The translations under genes were made by a program, and so were the position numbers. Source: a virus (taxonomy: Duplodnaviria > Caudoviricetes). Taken from it: DNA of 34,232 nucleotides. The notes under the pieces were generated by a model that was not told the DNA's origin, did not search any database, and worked only from the letters and a program-made list of their open reading frames with translations. The stretch covers positions 1-34,232 of the IMG/VR virus record IMGVR_UViG_3300035130_000094; one strand, written 5' to 3'. Below, piece after piece: positions 1 to 10,086 of the stretch (position 1 is its first letter; each line of letters opens with the position of its first letter).

Positions 1-1289
1 TCAGTCTTTTTTATTACTTCAAAATTACCATCGTTTTCTAGTCTTAAACTTCCAGGGTTTGAACTAACAGTAATATCAGTTATTAAGCTTTGTGAATATT
101 GAGCGACTCCCCCGACCCGGATATCTCCAGCCGTATCGGCGGAAATAGTTGTAACTAAATTTACATATCTTAAACGTTCGCCGCCTTTTTTTGCGTAACC
201 TTTAAAATTTTGTCCTCTTTTTTCAAAATATAAAAATATTCTTTCGTTTTTATCCAAATTACTTGTTAATATGTCTGTTGCTGTTGATTCTAAGACCCCA
301 GCTTTATAGGTTCTCAAAGTTAAAACATGACTTTGAATATATAATTCGCAAAAATTATTTGCATCTACAAACCATGCTATTGAATTAGTAACCCCTGCAT
401 GTTTTGGATACATTTCTATTTTCGCAATAAAATTAATACAATCTTCATAGACACTTAAAGCATCGTTATAATCTTGTGTATCTAAATACATAAAACCGAA
501 TCTGTTTAAATTAGGTGAAATATCACGGATAATCGTCCATGTATCATGGTAAATATCAAACATGTTACCATAACCGATATCTTGTTCTAATTGCGAAAAA
601 TTAGCATATCCGCTATAAAGTGGGTCGTGTCTTAAAAGCTGTATATATTGAAACGACACAAAAACGCCAGACGCCGTGTTTTGAGTATACCCAACACAAC
701 GTAAATATGTTATATCGTCCCAACCTGCCGGACTTCCATTTGTTGTGAAATCTGATTTTTGTGGGTATCTAACATTCCAACCATTTGCCAAACCTGTAAA
801 TGATATTAAATAAGAGTTTGAAAAATCCGTTCCTATTCGAAATTGAATATTTGTTAATAAACTAGAATTTTCAATGTAAAACAAAAATACAATACAATCA
901 TCTATTGAAGACGCTGAACCATCATTAAACTCAGTCAAGTCAATTGATGATATAGTTTTATACATGCCTATAAATCCGCCCGTGTCGTCGTCTTCTGTTA
1001 CGACAACTGCATTCGGACCAATCGTATTATAATACGACGAATTTGACAAAGTACATGTTGAAGAATAGGCATTCGTCCACTCTGCTTCATCTTCAAAATC
1101 TTCAATAGTTTTTGTATTGTTGTTATATAACAATTCTGCATAATCACTAAAACAAATTGTTTGACTTCTGCTTAATTCTTCATCAGTTAAGGCTACAACC
1201 CTTTCTAATTCATTTAAGTTATCAGCATTAATCGCCGGAGTTGTGCCATTTACAAAAGTCAATTCTGTAAATTTCCCAAATTCAGCCAT
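1..1289 (-). CDS. Tail fibre / receptor-binding-like protein, 5' part (runs off window)
   Basis: Not in ORF track. ATG at 1289; frame read open at the N-terminus and at the window edge (middle not fully translated). N-terminus MAEFGKFTELTFVNGTTPAINADNLNELE resembles the TP.INA.NLN motif of phage tail fibre/baseplate proteins; last in tail gene order. Confidence 0.6.
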   Translation of the reverse strand, partial: MAEFGKFTELTFVNGTTPAINADNLNELERVVALTDEELSRSQTICFSDYAELLYNNNTKTIEDFEDEAEWTNAYSSTCTLSNSSYYNTIGPNAVVVTEDDDTGGFIGMYKTISSIDLTEFNDGSASSIDDCIVFLFYIENSSLLTNIQFRIGTDFSNSYLISFTGLANGWNVRYPQKSDFTTNGSPAGWDDITYLRCVGYTQNTASGVFVSFQYIQLLRHDPLYSGYANFSQLEQDIGYGNMFDIYHDTWTIIRDISPNLNRFGFMYLDTQDYNDALSVYEDCINFIAKIEMYPKHAGVTNSIAWFVDANNFCELYIQSHVLTLRTYKAGVLESTATDILTSNLDKNERIFLYFEKRGQNFKGYAKKGGERLRYVNLVTTISADTAGDIRVGGVAQYSQSLITDITVSSNPGSLRLENDGNFEVIKKT

Positions 1290-1640
1290 TTAAACACCTT
1301 CTTTTTTAATTTCTTTTTTAGTTTCTTTCTTAGTTTCTTTTTCAATATTTTTTATATAATCTTCTTCTCTATTAGTTATTTTTTCTTCGTGACTCCCTTT
1401 ATTTCTTGTTTTTGTTCTATCAATTGTTAATTTGCTTGGTGGTTTTATCATTTCCATACTGCAACGAATCACCTTAATTTTTTTGTCGTCTTCTTCCGTT
1501 TCGACTTCTTTCATACTAAAGTCTAATTTGTCGCATATTTGGTCTAAATAAGCCAAATAAAAAGAAGCTTTAATATTTAATTTTAATTCATCATCAATTT
1601 TTTTGTTTTCTTTTATTTTAAAATCTTGAACAAATTTCAT
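1290..1640 (-). CDS. Hypothetical protein, Lys/Glu-rich C-terminus
   Basis: 116-aa ORF tightly packed between tail genes, GAGGGG RBS upstream. Confidence 0.6.
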   Translation of the reverse strand: MKFVQDFKIKENKKIDDELKLNIKASFYLAYLDQICDKLDFSMKEVETEEDDKKIKVIRCSMEMIKPPSKLTIDRTKTRNKGSHEEKITNREEDYIKNIEKETKKETKKEIKKEGV

Positions 1641-1643
1641 AAT

Positions 1644-2159
1644 TTACCCCCTCGACATTGTGTCAATTCTTGTTATTTCTAATTCTTCATCACCCAACTT
1701 GTCGCCGTCGCTTCCAGATAAAATAATGCGTGATAACATTAAACCGGTGTCTTTTCCTTCTCCGTCATTCCAAGGTTGAGCAGATGTGCCAACAAAAAAA
1801 CCCATTTCTTTTATTTCAATTTCTCCACTGTATGGTGAAAAATCTGGTTCATAATCAAGTAATATAGCTCTTGATGTTTGTTGACCTGTTCCACTTTTTA
1901 ATCTTGATATGATTGGAACTCTAAAAACTTCATTATATAATGATTCGTCCGAATCACTAACTGCCGTGTCATCGTCTCCAAAAGCAACATAAGCCGAAAC
2001 CATATTAACACAAGTTCCCGAATAAACATTAATTAATTGATTTAATGCAATATCGGTTAAGCGATTAAATTTTAATATCTTTTTTATTCGGCCGGTTTTT
2101 GTATTTTTTTTAATTATTTGTATTTCTCCAATATTTCGTATATTTTCATGTATTTTCAA
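1644..2159 (-). CDS. Baseplate/tail-tip structural protein
   Basis: YVAFGDDDTAVSDSDESLYNEVFR and IKEMGFF motifs typical of phage baseplate/tail collar-like proteins; position in the tail module. Confidence 0.6.
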   Translation of the reverse strand: MKIHENIRNIGEIQIIKKNTKTGRIKKILKFNRLTDIALNQLINVYSGTCVNMVSAYVAFGDDDTAVSDSDESLYNEVFRVPIISRLKSGTGQQTSRAILLDYEPDFSPYSGEIEIKEMGFFVGTSAQPWNDGEGKDTGLMLSRIILSGSDGDKLGDEELEITRIDTMSRG

Positions 2160-2172
2160 ACTATATCACCCC

Positions 2173-3699
2173 TTAATCGTAATATGTTGCGGTATTAGTA
2201 ATTGTTCCTGGATAAAGCGTATTGCTTGGATAAAGTGTATTGCTTGGATATAATGCAGTTAATAACTTTAAATTTACAACTCCGGCATTGTCGACCGGTT
2301 CATTGACTTCTATTGGTATTGACACGGTTACGTCCTCCCTTAAGCTCCAATCTTTACCGCCCATTAAAAACGAACTAAAGTATTTTATCCACCCACCAAT
2401 AGCAGACCCGTCCATTAAGGTATATTGCCTTAAAATTAATTTTCCGTTTGTTCTAAACTTCTTTTCTGTTACTAAATAGCCGTTCCCCTCACTAGTTAAA
2501 GAATTTATTTTTCTTCTTGGCAAAATCACATCTACAACCTGTCCTATATCCCAATCAATATTATATGAACTCAATTGAATTTTTTTTGCTATATGTCCAT
2601 ACCTTTCTATTAGTGCGTCTGCTTTATCTTCTGCAATATCTAAACCAACTATATCCGCACCACTTTCAACCTCTTCATATACTCCACTAGTTCCTTCAAT
2701 TGCGGCTCTTTCTGCTATTTCGGAACTATCTTGACTTATAACATTGATTTGATATTTTCCAAAATATTTGACTGCCAAAATATACCCCGTTGGTATTTCG
2801 TCGCCGTCTTGGTCTTTTGTGATTGTGTTACTGTCTTCATTCCAATAATATTGCAAACCTTCATCAATTCCACTTATTCCAATCTGTGCCGAGTCAACTA
2901 ATTGACTTTCGTAGATTTCCGGGAATGTATTTGTTATATATAATTTAGGCTTAGCATTCAACGGAAATCTAACAATGAAAGTATTATCATTATCAGGCGT
3001 TGGCGTTGCTTTTTCGATTAATTCAGTTGTGACGGCATGTACATCTTTTAATATTTGTCTGTTTCTGTATTCTGACCTATCCGGCGTAATTATTAAAGAA
3101 CTTGGAATATAATTTGTTACATCTTCAATCAATTTAGTTGTTGAAATATCCGATTTTTTATCATTAAGATAAAACTTTTTATCTGGTCCTATTTTCCATT
3201 GCCAATTGATTAAATCAACTAATGTATCAAAAATATCTTGACATTTTGCATAATCACAATTAATAGCAACATAAAGCCCGGTTGTTTCTTTAATTGAGTC
3301 GTCATCATACCAAATGCCGTCTGCCGCTAACTTGTCGTCAATCATTTGCTTTATCATTTCAGATATTAATTGCCTTCTATAAGCTTGATTTAAATTTCTT
3401 TTAATTGTTAAATAATGCCAATCAACGCAAGTTAGTTTTGTTTCAACGATAGGACTTCTTTTTAATTCTCGAATTGATGGTTCGTCAAGTTGTCCGCCAT
3501 ATTTCAAAATTCCATTTTCATATATATTAATTTCTCTACCGATGATATTATCAAATATAAAATCGTTATTATTTAAATTTATTAAAGTAAAGCTTAAAAC
3601 CGAGATGGTCCCGGCTTCGGCTTGATTCATGTCTAATGACCCGGCTTTTATTACTATGTTTACCGGCAAATATTCATTACCTATTTTAACAGTTAACAT
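2173..3699 (-). CDS. Minor tail / tail-tip protein
   Basis: 508 aa directly after the tape measure gene; C-terminal LYPSNTLYPSNTLYPG repeat common in phage tail proteins. Confidence 0.7.
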   Translation of the reverse strand: MLTVKIGNEYLPVNIVIKAGSLDMNQAEAGTISVLSFTLINLNNNDFIFDNIIGREINIYENGILKYGGQLDEPSIRELKRSPIVETKLTCVDWHYLTIKRNLNQAYRRQLISEMIKQMIDDKLAADGIWYDDDSIKETTGLYVAINCDYAKCQDIFDTLVDLINWQWKIGPDKKFYLNDKKSDISTTKLIEDVTNYIPSSLIITPDRSEYRNRQILKDVHAVTTELIEKATPTPDNDNTFIVRFPLNAKPKLYITNTFPEIYESQLVDSAQIGISGIDEGLQYYWNEDSNTITKDQDGDEIPTGYILAVKYFGKYQINVISQDSSEIAERAAIEGTSGVYEEVESGADIVGLDIAEDKADALIERYGHIAKKIQLSSYNIDWDIGQVVDVILPRRKINSLTSEGNGYLVTEKKFRTNGKLILRQYTLMDGSAIGGWIKYFSSFLMGGKDWSLREDVTVSIPIEVNEPVDNAGVVNLKLLTALYPSNTLYPSNTLYPGTITNTATYYD

Positions 3700-6093
3700 T
3701 TATTTCAACCTCCCCGAATATCTTTTAAGGGTTGATTGTAATTCTTGTAACATGGTATATGTATCACTAGCACCATAGATATTTATTGCTGATATATTCA
3801 TGCTTTTATTATTTGTTGTTTCTCCTGTATTGCCTAAAGTACTTGATATATCTGTAACTAACCCCCCTGCGATTTTTTCCGCAACCGCCGTTACTGGAAC
3901 GGATAATTTATTTTTTGCACTGTTTAAACTTTTTTCTATTGAATCATAGAAATTTAATTTGTCTAAATCACTTAAAGGCCCTTCTTTAGCTGGCGAAAAT
4001 GGTAAAAAGTTTCTTATAGACCCGGCTAAATCTGAAACCGCTCCGGTTACTTTTCCGACTGCTGATTTTATGCCGGAGGCAATCATCGAACAAAGTTTCG
4101 CACCTGCGTTTTTAAAAACACTATATTTATTTTTTATAAGTTGTAAAGCGGCGTCAATTCCTGCTTTAAGTGCATTTTTTAACAATTTTGCGTTTGATTT
4201 TGCTTTATTAACCATTGCTTTAAAAGCGTCTCCGACTTTATTTTTTAATGCAACCATAATTGCATAACTTGCATTCATTCCAGCCTTAAATAAATTTTTT
4301 ATTACTGCCCATGCTGATTTTAAAATACTTTTCATTGCTGACCATGCCCCGGACCAATCGCCTTTTATTACTGCTAAAACTAATTTAACAACATTAGATA
4401 TAAAATTTGCTCCAGTTTTTATGATAGTTAGTATTAAATTCCACGCTTTTTCAGCAATTGACATTATTTTATCCCCGTGATTTTGCCAAAAAGTTTTAAT
4501 TTTTTCTAATACTACTTTTACAATTTCTTTTAAATTATTAAAAATTTCTTTTCCTTTTTCTTTTAAATATTCCCAGGTTTGCAAAACGTTTTCTCTAAAT
4601 TCATCATTAGTTTTCCACAAATGTATAAAACTCGCCACTAAACCGGCAACAATTGCAATTAAAGCAGTCATTACCGCCCCAACTGTAACAATAATCGGAG
4701 CAAACATAGCCCAAATTCCTATTCCTGCCGCTAAAGTTACTAATAAACCACCAAAAATAGTAACTAGTGTTGTTATAACTGTAACTACTGCTAATATAAT
4801 TGGACCTATAGCCGCTGCCGCTATTCCGAATAAAATAAAGAATTGTTGCATTTTAGGCGATAAATTCGTAAATTTTTCCCCAACCCAATCAAGCACTGAT
4901 ATTAACGTCTCTAGGATTGGCAGTGCTACACCCTTTAGCACCTCGAAAAATGATAAAGCCGTCGATTGTACTTGTGATAATGCTTGATTCCATTTAAAAT
5001 CAAGTGTTTCACTAGCGGCGGCGAATGCGTCATCTAAAGACCCAGTCGAATTTTTAACAGCGTCAAACACTTCTACATTATCACTTGCATTACTTCCCAT
5101 TAAATCAAGAACACCAGATAACGCTCGGATATTAGGAAAAACTTTTGCCATTGCGTCTTCGCCATACTTATTAGTAAGTTTTCGCAAATCTCCCAAAGTG
5201 GACATTAAACCTTTTTCTTTTATTGATTTTCTTAATTCAGCACTTGAAGTTCCCATTCCTTCCAGTGCTTCTTCTGCCTGTTGTGAGGGTTTTAATAAAC
5301 TACTCAAAATGCTTTTTAATTGTGTACTTGCTTCGCTTGCACTTGTTCCGGTTTTAGTCATCGCCGCTTGACTGGCCGCAACTTGGTCAAATGATACGCC
5401 CATTTCTGACGCAATTGGTAAAACCTGGCCCATGCTAGAAGCTAATTCTGATGCCTTGGCTTTTCCTTCTTTAACGGCGGCGGTTAAAATATCAGTCGCT
5501 TGACTTGCTGATAAATTTTCACTCCCGTAGGCATTCATTGCAGAAGTTACCAAGTCGGCAATCGTTTTAGCTTCTCCTAGTCCAGAACTTGCTGCCTTTC
5601 CTGACATTTCCAATACGTCCATCGCTTCTGCACCTCTAAGACCTGCCGATGTCACATAAAATAGAGCGTCGGCTAGTTCTGTTGGTGCTATTCCTAACTC
5701 TGGAGCCAAATCTAAAATTTCTTTCCCCCACTCATCAACTTGATTAGAAGCTACTCCAACAAGCCCGGTAACTTTTGATAATGAACTTTCAAAATCTGCC
5801 CCAAGCTTTAAAGCGGCTAAAGAAGCCGCACCAAGAGGTAAAGTAACATTTTGTGTTAAACTTGTCCCGACCGTTACTAATGTATTTTTAACCGTTGAAG
5901 CTACGCCTGATATTGTTTGAAATGCCGCCGTTCCTACTGTTCCAACTTTTCCAAACGCTCCCGTTAGTGTTGTTTGAATCCCATTACTAAAATTAGAACT
6001 AAAATTGTTACCCATTGTTTGTACACCATTTAAATCAGACGAAAACTGACTTGTATTAGCTGTAATATTAACGGATAATTCCCCTACTTGCAT
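3700..6093 (-). CDS. Tail tape measure protein (TP901-like core)
   Basis: 797 aa, VGELSVNITANTSQF N-terminus, Ala-rich helical core (ADFESSLSKV...ELADALFYVTSAG), hydrophobic mid segment, Trp-spaced repeats (GDWSGAW). Confidence 0.93.
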   Translation of the reverse strand: MQVGELSVNITANTSQFSSDLNGVQTMGNNFSSNFSNGIQTTLTGAFGKVGTVGTAAFQTISGVASTVKNTLVTVGTSLTQNVTLPLGAASLAALKLGADFESSLSKVTGLVGVASNQVDEWGKEILDLAPELGIAPTELADALFYVTSAGLRGAEAMDVLEMSGKAASSGLGEAKTIADLVTSAMNAYGSENLSASQATDILTAAVKEGKAKASELASSMGQVLPIASEMGVSFDQVAASQAAMTKTGTSASEASTQLKSILSSLLKPSQQAEEALEGMGTSSAELRKSIKEKGLMSTLGDLRKLTNKYGEDAMAKVFPNIRALSGVLDLMGSNASDNVEVFDAVKNSTGSLDDAFAAASETLDFKWNQALSQVQSTALSFFEVLKGVALPILETLISVLDWVGEKFTNLSPKMQQFFILFGIAAAAIGPIILAVVTVITTLVTIFGGLLVTLAAGIGIWAMFAPIIVTVGAVMTALIAIVAGLVASFIHLWKTNDEFRENVLQTWEYLKEKGKEIFNNLKEIVKVVLEKIKTFWQNHGDKIMSIAEKAWNLILTIIKTGANFISNVVKLVLAVIKGDWSGAWSAMKSILKSAWAVIKNLFKAGMNASYAIMVALKNKVGDAFKAMVNKAKSNAKLLKNALKAGIDAALQLIKNKYSVFKNAGAKLCSMIASGIKSAVGKVTGAVSDLAGSIRNFLPFSPAKEGPLSDLDKLNFYDSIEKSLNSAKNKLSVPVTAVAEKIAGGLVTDISSTLGNTGETTNNKSMNISAINIYGASDTYTMLQELQSTLKRYSGRLK

Positions 6094-6110
6094 TTTATAT
6101 CACTTCCTTT

Positions 6111-6305
6111 TTAAAGTCCGTCATACTCAACAAATGACCTTTTCTTTTTATCTCTTATAAATTCTTTAAATGCTGAATCAGCCGGCAACCCTTTTATTAA
6201 TATTAAAAAACGTCTCCACGTAATAGAGTCGTTTTTATAACAATCTAAAATATCTATATTGTAATATCTTATAAAATCGGCTTCAATATAACCCCAACCC
6301 CACAC
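6111..6305 (-). CDS. Tail assembly chaperone, frameshift-extended C-terminal part (gpT/Gp15-like)
   Basis: IEADFIRYYNIDI...ITWRRFLILIKGLP motif of Gp15-like chaperones; no RBS; -1 frame is open back to the A9 run at 6346-6354. Confidence 0.8.
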   Translation of the reverse strand: MWGWGYIEADFIRYYNIDILDCYKNDSITWRRFLILIKGLPADSAFKEFIRDKKKRSFVEYDGL

Positions 6306-6310
6306 GAAAA

Positions 6311-6769
6311 TTAATACATTGACATTGTTTCCTTCATCTCTTTGATTTTTTTTTGTGCTTCTGGTGAATCAAAATCTATCCCCCAAGCTTTAAGAACTTT
6401 AAAAGCTAAATTTTTAAATATCAAATCAAAAGAAAAGTTTTTATTTGATTCAATTAAACTAGTGTAAAATTCTTTTCCAAACATTTTTTCAATAAAAATC
6501 ATTGTTAATTCGTCTGGAATTTCAACAATTGTTTTATTCCCTACCTTTTTAAAGCAATTTCTAAAGAAAAACATTGCAAAATTAAAAGGCATTTTATTAG
6601 CTAATTTATATTTTTTATTTTCAAATATAATCTCTATAAAATGTTCTTGTTCTTCCTCAATGGCTTGGTCAAAGTCTATTACTAAATTTTCGTTTTGATT
6701 TTCTGCTAATTCATTTAATTTATTGTCAAGTAATCTTTCTCTTTCATCATTATTAAATTTATTATCCAT
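6311..6769 (-). CDS. Tail assembly chaperone (gpG-like)
   Basis: Lies between tail tube and tape measure genes; GGAGG RBS; ends just after a CAA AAA AAA ATC slippery run. Confidence 0.8.
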   Translation of the reverse strand: MDNKFNNDERERLLDNKLNELAENQNENLVIDFDQAIEEEQEHFIEIIFENKKYKLANKMPFNFAMFFFRNCFKKVGNKTIVEIPDELTMIFIEKMFGKEFYTSLIESNKNFSFDLIFKNLAFKVLKAWGIDFDSPEAQKKIKEMKETMSMY

Positions 6770-6796
6770 GTTAAAACCTCCGTATAAAAACTATTA

Positions 6797-7237
6797 TTAA
6801 CTTCCCGGTGTTATTTCTGTTTCGCTGTTAATTCTAAACGAACCGGTCCATTTATAAACCTCCGAGCTACTGCCTGATTCTTCGTAACTTGTAAAAAATC
6901 CGCTATATGTATAACCAAATCCATTAAAATTAGTTTTTTCTAATTCAACTATTTGGCCACTTTTTGCCGCTTCTTTTAATGCACTTTGTCCGTCGTCTCT
7001 CCCTGACGTTGGGTCCTCAATTGCGATTCCTTCTAATTCTGCGGTTTGTCCTACTGATATTGATGTGTATTGCTCCCTTAATACATCTGTCCCCGCTATA
7101 TAATCTTCTGCACCTGTTATATTTTCTTCTGCTGTTTCTGCTGTATCTGTCCAACTTGTAACCTTTGCAACTACATATCCGCCTACTTTTACAACTGTTT
7201 TTGCAAACTTAATTTCATTTACAACATTTGTTGCCAT
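6797..7237 (-). CDS. Major tail tube protein
   Basis: 146 aa acidic, beta-rich; GYTYSGFFTSYEESGSSSEVYKWTGSFRI C-terminal tail-tube pattern; synteny. Confidence 0.8.
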   Translation of the reverse strand: MATNVVNEIKFAKTVVKVGGYVVAKVTSWTDTAETAEENITGAEDYIAGTDVLREQYTSISVGQTAELEGIAIEDPTSGRDDGQSALKEAAKSGQIVELEKTNFNGFGYTYSGFFTSYEESGSSSEVYKWTGSFRINSETEITPGS

Positions 7238-7266
7238 ACTTAAACACTCCTTTTTTTTATTCGGTC

Positions 7267-7674
7267 TTATAATCTATAAGAATCATTTGTGCTTTGAGTT
7301 CTTATATTATAATGACTTGAATATTTATTTCGTCCTTTATCATCTTTTCCAATGCTTGTTGGTGGTGTATTAATTGTGATATAACTTACAATATCGCCGC
7401 CATTAATTAAGGATTCACCACCAAAACCCACAATCATTTTATGTATAGCTTTAGATATTTCTTTTGCTGTACTTTTATTATCATTTCTAACTATGACTTG
7501 AACCCCAAAAATATCAACTTTTAATGAATCAGCCTCTGGTATTGTTGGGCCTTCCTCATCTAATAAAGTTACTATATTGTTTGGTAAATCTGGCTCAAAG
7601 TCCCAAAATAAAGTCGTTCCAACCGTTCCAATTCCTTTAGTTTCTAAATAATACATTAAATCCTCGGCAATCAT
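7267..7674 (-). CDS. Tail terminator / minor capsid-3-like neck protein
   Basis: YLETKGIGTVG...EPDLPN...VQVIVR...SIGKDDKGRNKYS.HY motif; synteny. Confidence 0.75.
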   Translation of the reverse strand: MIAEDLMYYLETKGIGTVGTTLFWDFEPDLPNNIVTLLDEEGPTIPEADSLKVDIFGVQVIVRNDNKSTAKEISKAIHKMIVGFGGESLINGGDIVSYITINTPPTSIGKDDKGRNKYSSHYNIRTQSTNDSYRL

Positions 7675-7692
7675 TTTACACCACCTTTAAAT

Positions 7693-8070
7693 TTAAAATC
7701 TTGAATTTATTTTTGAAATTAAAATATTTTTAATTTTTTTCACTGCAATTCTATTAAAAGGACCTCTTAAATAATTGCTTTGTCTCCCATGTTGAAAATT
7801 GGCGTTATTTTCATGCCATCTTATTGCATATGGTAACTTAGGTTTACCAGTTCCACTGCCTCCACCATATGATAAAACGCCCTCGCTTTTTGATTTACTG
7901 CTTTTTGTTTCTTCGTATCTGCTATTCATTAATGGTCCTTCGTCAAGTGGTATAATAGAATCTGTTGTATTTCCAACACTATTCAAAGTTTCTGTTATTG
8001 CTTGTTCACAAATTCCATTTAATATATTTTCTATTTCTTCGCCTCTCCAAGTTCTCCAACTATTCGCCAT
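7693..8070 (-). CDS. HK97 gp10-like / minor capsid neck protein
   Basis: IPLDEGPLMNS...PYAIRWHE...YL motif; synteny. Confidence 0.75.
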   Translation of the reverse strand: MANSWRTWRGEEIENILNGICEQAITETLNSVGNTTDSIIPLDEGPLMNSRYEETKSSKSKSEGVLSYGGGSGTGKPKLPYAIRWHENNANFQHGRQSNYLRGPFNRIAVKKIKNILISKINSRF

Positions 8071-8077
8071 TTTATCA

Positions 8078-8422
8078 CTACCTTACATATATTTCGAAAT
8101 GGTGCGTTAAGCCTGTTCTTGGGTCGTCTATCGGGTCAATTTTTAAAACTTCTAAATCATTTCTAGTATAAGGAAATGTTTGATTGATTTTATAATTTTC
8201 ATGATGTATATCAATATAAGGTATGGCGGTATCATCTAAATAAACAATAGCGTTTGCGTGTAATACTTCTCCGTTTTCGCTTGTTGTATATATATTTCCA
8301 TACTCAACAAATCCGTTTAATTCGTTTGAATCCAATTCGACCCAATCGCCTTTATAATTTCTATCCATCTTTATAAAATCAATCTTATGAGTCATTAAAT
8401 TAGCAAAGCTCGTTAAACTCAT
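8078..8422 (-). CDS. Head closure (stopper) protein
   Basis: Synteny and HHFEIYVR C-terminus; likely starts at MSLTSF after GGAGA rather than at 8440. Confidence 0.6.
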   Translation of the reverse strand: MSLTSFANLMTHKIDFIKMDRNYKGDWVELDSNELNGFVEYGNIYTTSENGEVLHANAIVYLDDTAIPYIDIHHENYKINQTFPYTRNDLEVLKIDPIDDPRTGLTHHFEIYVR

Positions 8423-8840
8423 TTTTTCTATATCTCCCAACTTTTAGATTAATGATTCCCGACGAAACAAGAATTGAATCAATATAACTTAATTCATCTG
8501 GAACGCTTGTACTACTTGAACTTGTTCCCGATACACTAAAACGGCCTAATTTTACTCCGCTATCTGTTGATGGTGGTTTGTCTCCATTTTTGAATAAATA
8601 AGAAACCATTCCGGCGACCCACCTTTTTACTGCTTCAATTTTAGAAGTATGTAAGGTCATATTTACCCCATCAACATCGACTTTCCAATCTTCATTAATT
8701 TTCCAACCGTCCTCAAAAATTGGATAATTCCCAATCCTTGAATCTAACATTTTGCTTGCAGTATAAAGACGGTTCGAGGTAGCCTCACTTATATCTCGAC
8801 CAGTAAAACTATTATATTCTGCTTGTGATATATACGACAA
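8400..8840 (-). CDS. Head-tail adaptor protein
   Basis: MSYISQAEYNSF...ASKMLD...AVKR...VKLGRFSVS pattern of phage head-tail connectors; TTG start with AGGAGG RBS. Confidence 0.7.
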   Translation of the reverse strand: MSYISQAEYNSFTGRDISEATSNRLYTASKMLDSRIGNYPIFEDGWKINEDWKVDVDGVNMTLHTSKIEAVKRWVAGMVSYLFKNGDKPPSTDSGVKLGRFSVSGTSSSSTSVPDELSYIDSILVSSGIINLKVGRYRKNEFNELC

Positions 8841-8859
8841 CTTAAATCCTCCTTACATT

Positions 8860-9699
8860 TTATACTTTACTAGCAATATAATCATAATTGTTTAACTGAG
8901 TTTTATTAAATATCATTACTGTATTTATATTCCCTTTAATAAAGCGGTCTTCTCCTAAATCACTATCATGAATACACCCAATTCTAACATATTCCCTATT
9001 AGTTAATGTATTAGAATAATTCCCGGTTGAAAAATCTTCATTACACTTCATTGTAACTATATCATTCGACCAATCTAACATCATTGTATTTACAGAATTG
9101 TTATTATACGGCACTGGCGAAGAATGGCGGATATTTCCCTCCATTATTGAGTAAACCGCCCCTAATCCATAATTTAAAGTTATTGTATATTGCGATGCCC
9201 CGGCGGAATTTATATTTTTTGAAAAAGGAATCCCCCCAGAATCAATAGGGGTTATATTTAAATATATATTCAAGTCTTGATTTACAATTTGAATTCCTGA
9301 ATAATCATCAACTTGAAAACAATCATCTATCCCATCAAAATAAAAACCATTTTCATGAATTATGCTCCCATTTGAAATTTCAGGCATTTTATCTGGGTCG
9401 TTTTGATAGGCGGGATAATTAATATTTCCTTGATTCCCCCATTGTTTAACCTTCCCAACGCTTCCATTCAACCAATTTAATATTGAATATTCATCAATCA
9501 TCCCATTTCCTTTAAAATAAAAATATTTAGTAGTTGCGTCTGCTTCTCTGTAAATCAAGTGTGAAAATCCGTCGAAATTTTTGGTCAATTTAACATTTGA
9601 AAAACCAAGTTTACAAAAACTATCAATGTTTAAATCATCTAATAATCCTTTATATCCTGAAATATTTTGTTTTCTTGTTTGTAATCCTAGCCCTAACAT
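8860..9699 (-). CDS. ConA/LamG-like (lectin-fold) virion accessory protein
   Basis: Motifs GKVKQWGNQG, AYQ..P.I, FYFDGIDD and FIKGNI..VMIFNK resemble LamG-like domains of phage virion proteins. Confidence 0.5.
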   Translation of the reverse strand: MLGLGLQTRKQNISGYKGLLDDLNIDSFCKLGFSNVKLTKNFDGFSHLIYREADATTKYFYFKGNGMIDEYSILNWLNGSVGKVKQWGNQGNINYPAYQNDPDKMPEISNGSIIHENGFYFDGIDDCFQVDDYSGIQIVNQDLNIYLNITPIDSGGIPFSKNINSAGASQYTITLNYGLGAVYSIMEGNIRHSSPVPYNNNSVNTMMLDWSNDIVTMKCNEDFSTGNYSNTLTNREYVRIGCIHDSDLGEDRFIKGNINTVMIFNKTQLNNYDYIASKV

Positions 9700-9715
9700 A
9701 TTTTCCCACCTTCAT

Positions 9716-10054
9716 CTAGCCTTGATACGCTATAACTTTCCCACTTGTCAAAGTAATATTTGAAAAAATCCCGTATATACTAATACCTGCCGCAAGCGTT
9801 ATGCTATCTGCATTTAATATATTCCCTGTTGCTTTTAACTCGGCGTCTTCAATTGCCTGAATTGCAATAAATTGATATGGTGCTTCCGGTTCGTGAGCAG
9901 ATGTATCATCAATAAAAATTCCGCCTTTTCGAGCAAATTGAAAATTCAATAAACTGTCAATTATATCAATGTAATTAACAACCTCTCCGCTCGAATTAAA
10001 AGCATTACCGCCTTGTGGAACTCTCGTTTCATCCACAATCAACCCTCCTAACAT
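9716..10054 (-). CDS. Small beta-rich virion protein (possible capsid decoration)
   Basis: ITLAAGISIYGIFSNITLTSGKVIAY C-terminus; located after the capsid gene. Confidence 0.45.
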   Translation of the reverse strand: MLGGLIVDETRVPQGGNAFNSSGEVVNYIDIIDSLLNFQFARKGGIFIDDTSAHEPEAPYQFIAIQAIEDAELKATGNILNADSITLAAGISIYGIFSNITLTSGKVIAYQG

Positions 10055-10086
10055 TCTGTATCATAGAACTTAAAGTTGACATTCAT

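Noticed and set aside
2208-2252. 18-bp tandem repeat
   Set aside because: Encodes the LYPSNT peptide repeat common in tail proteins.
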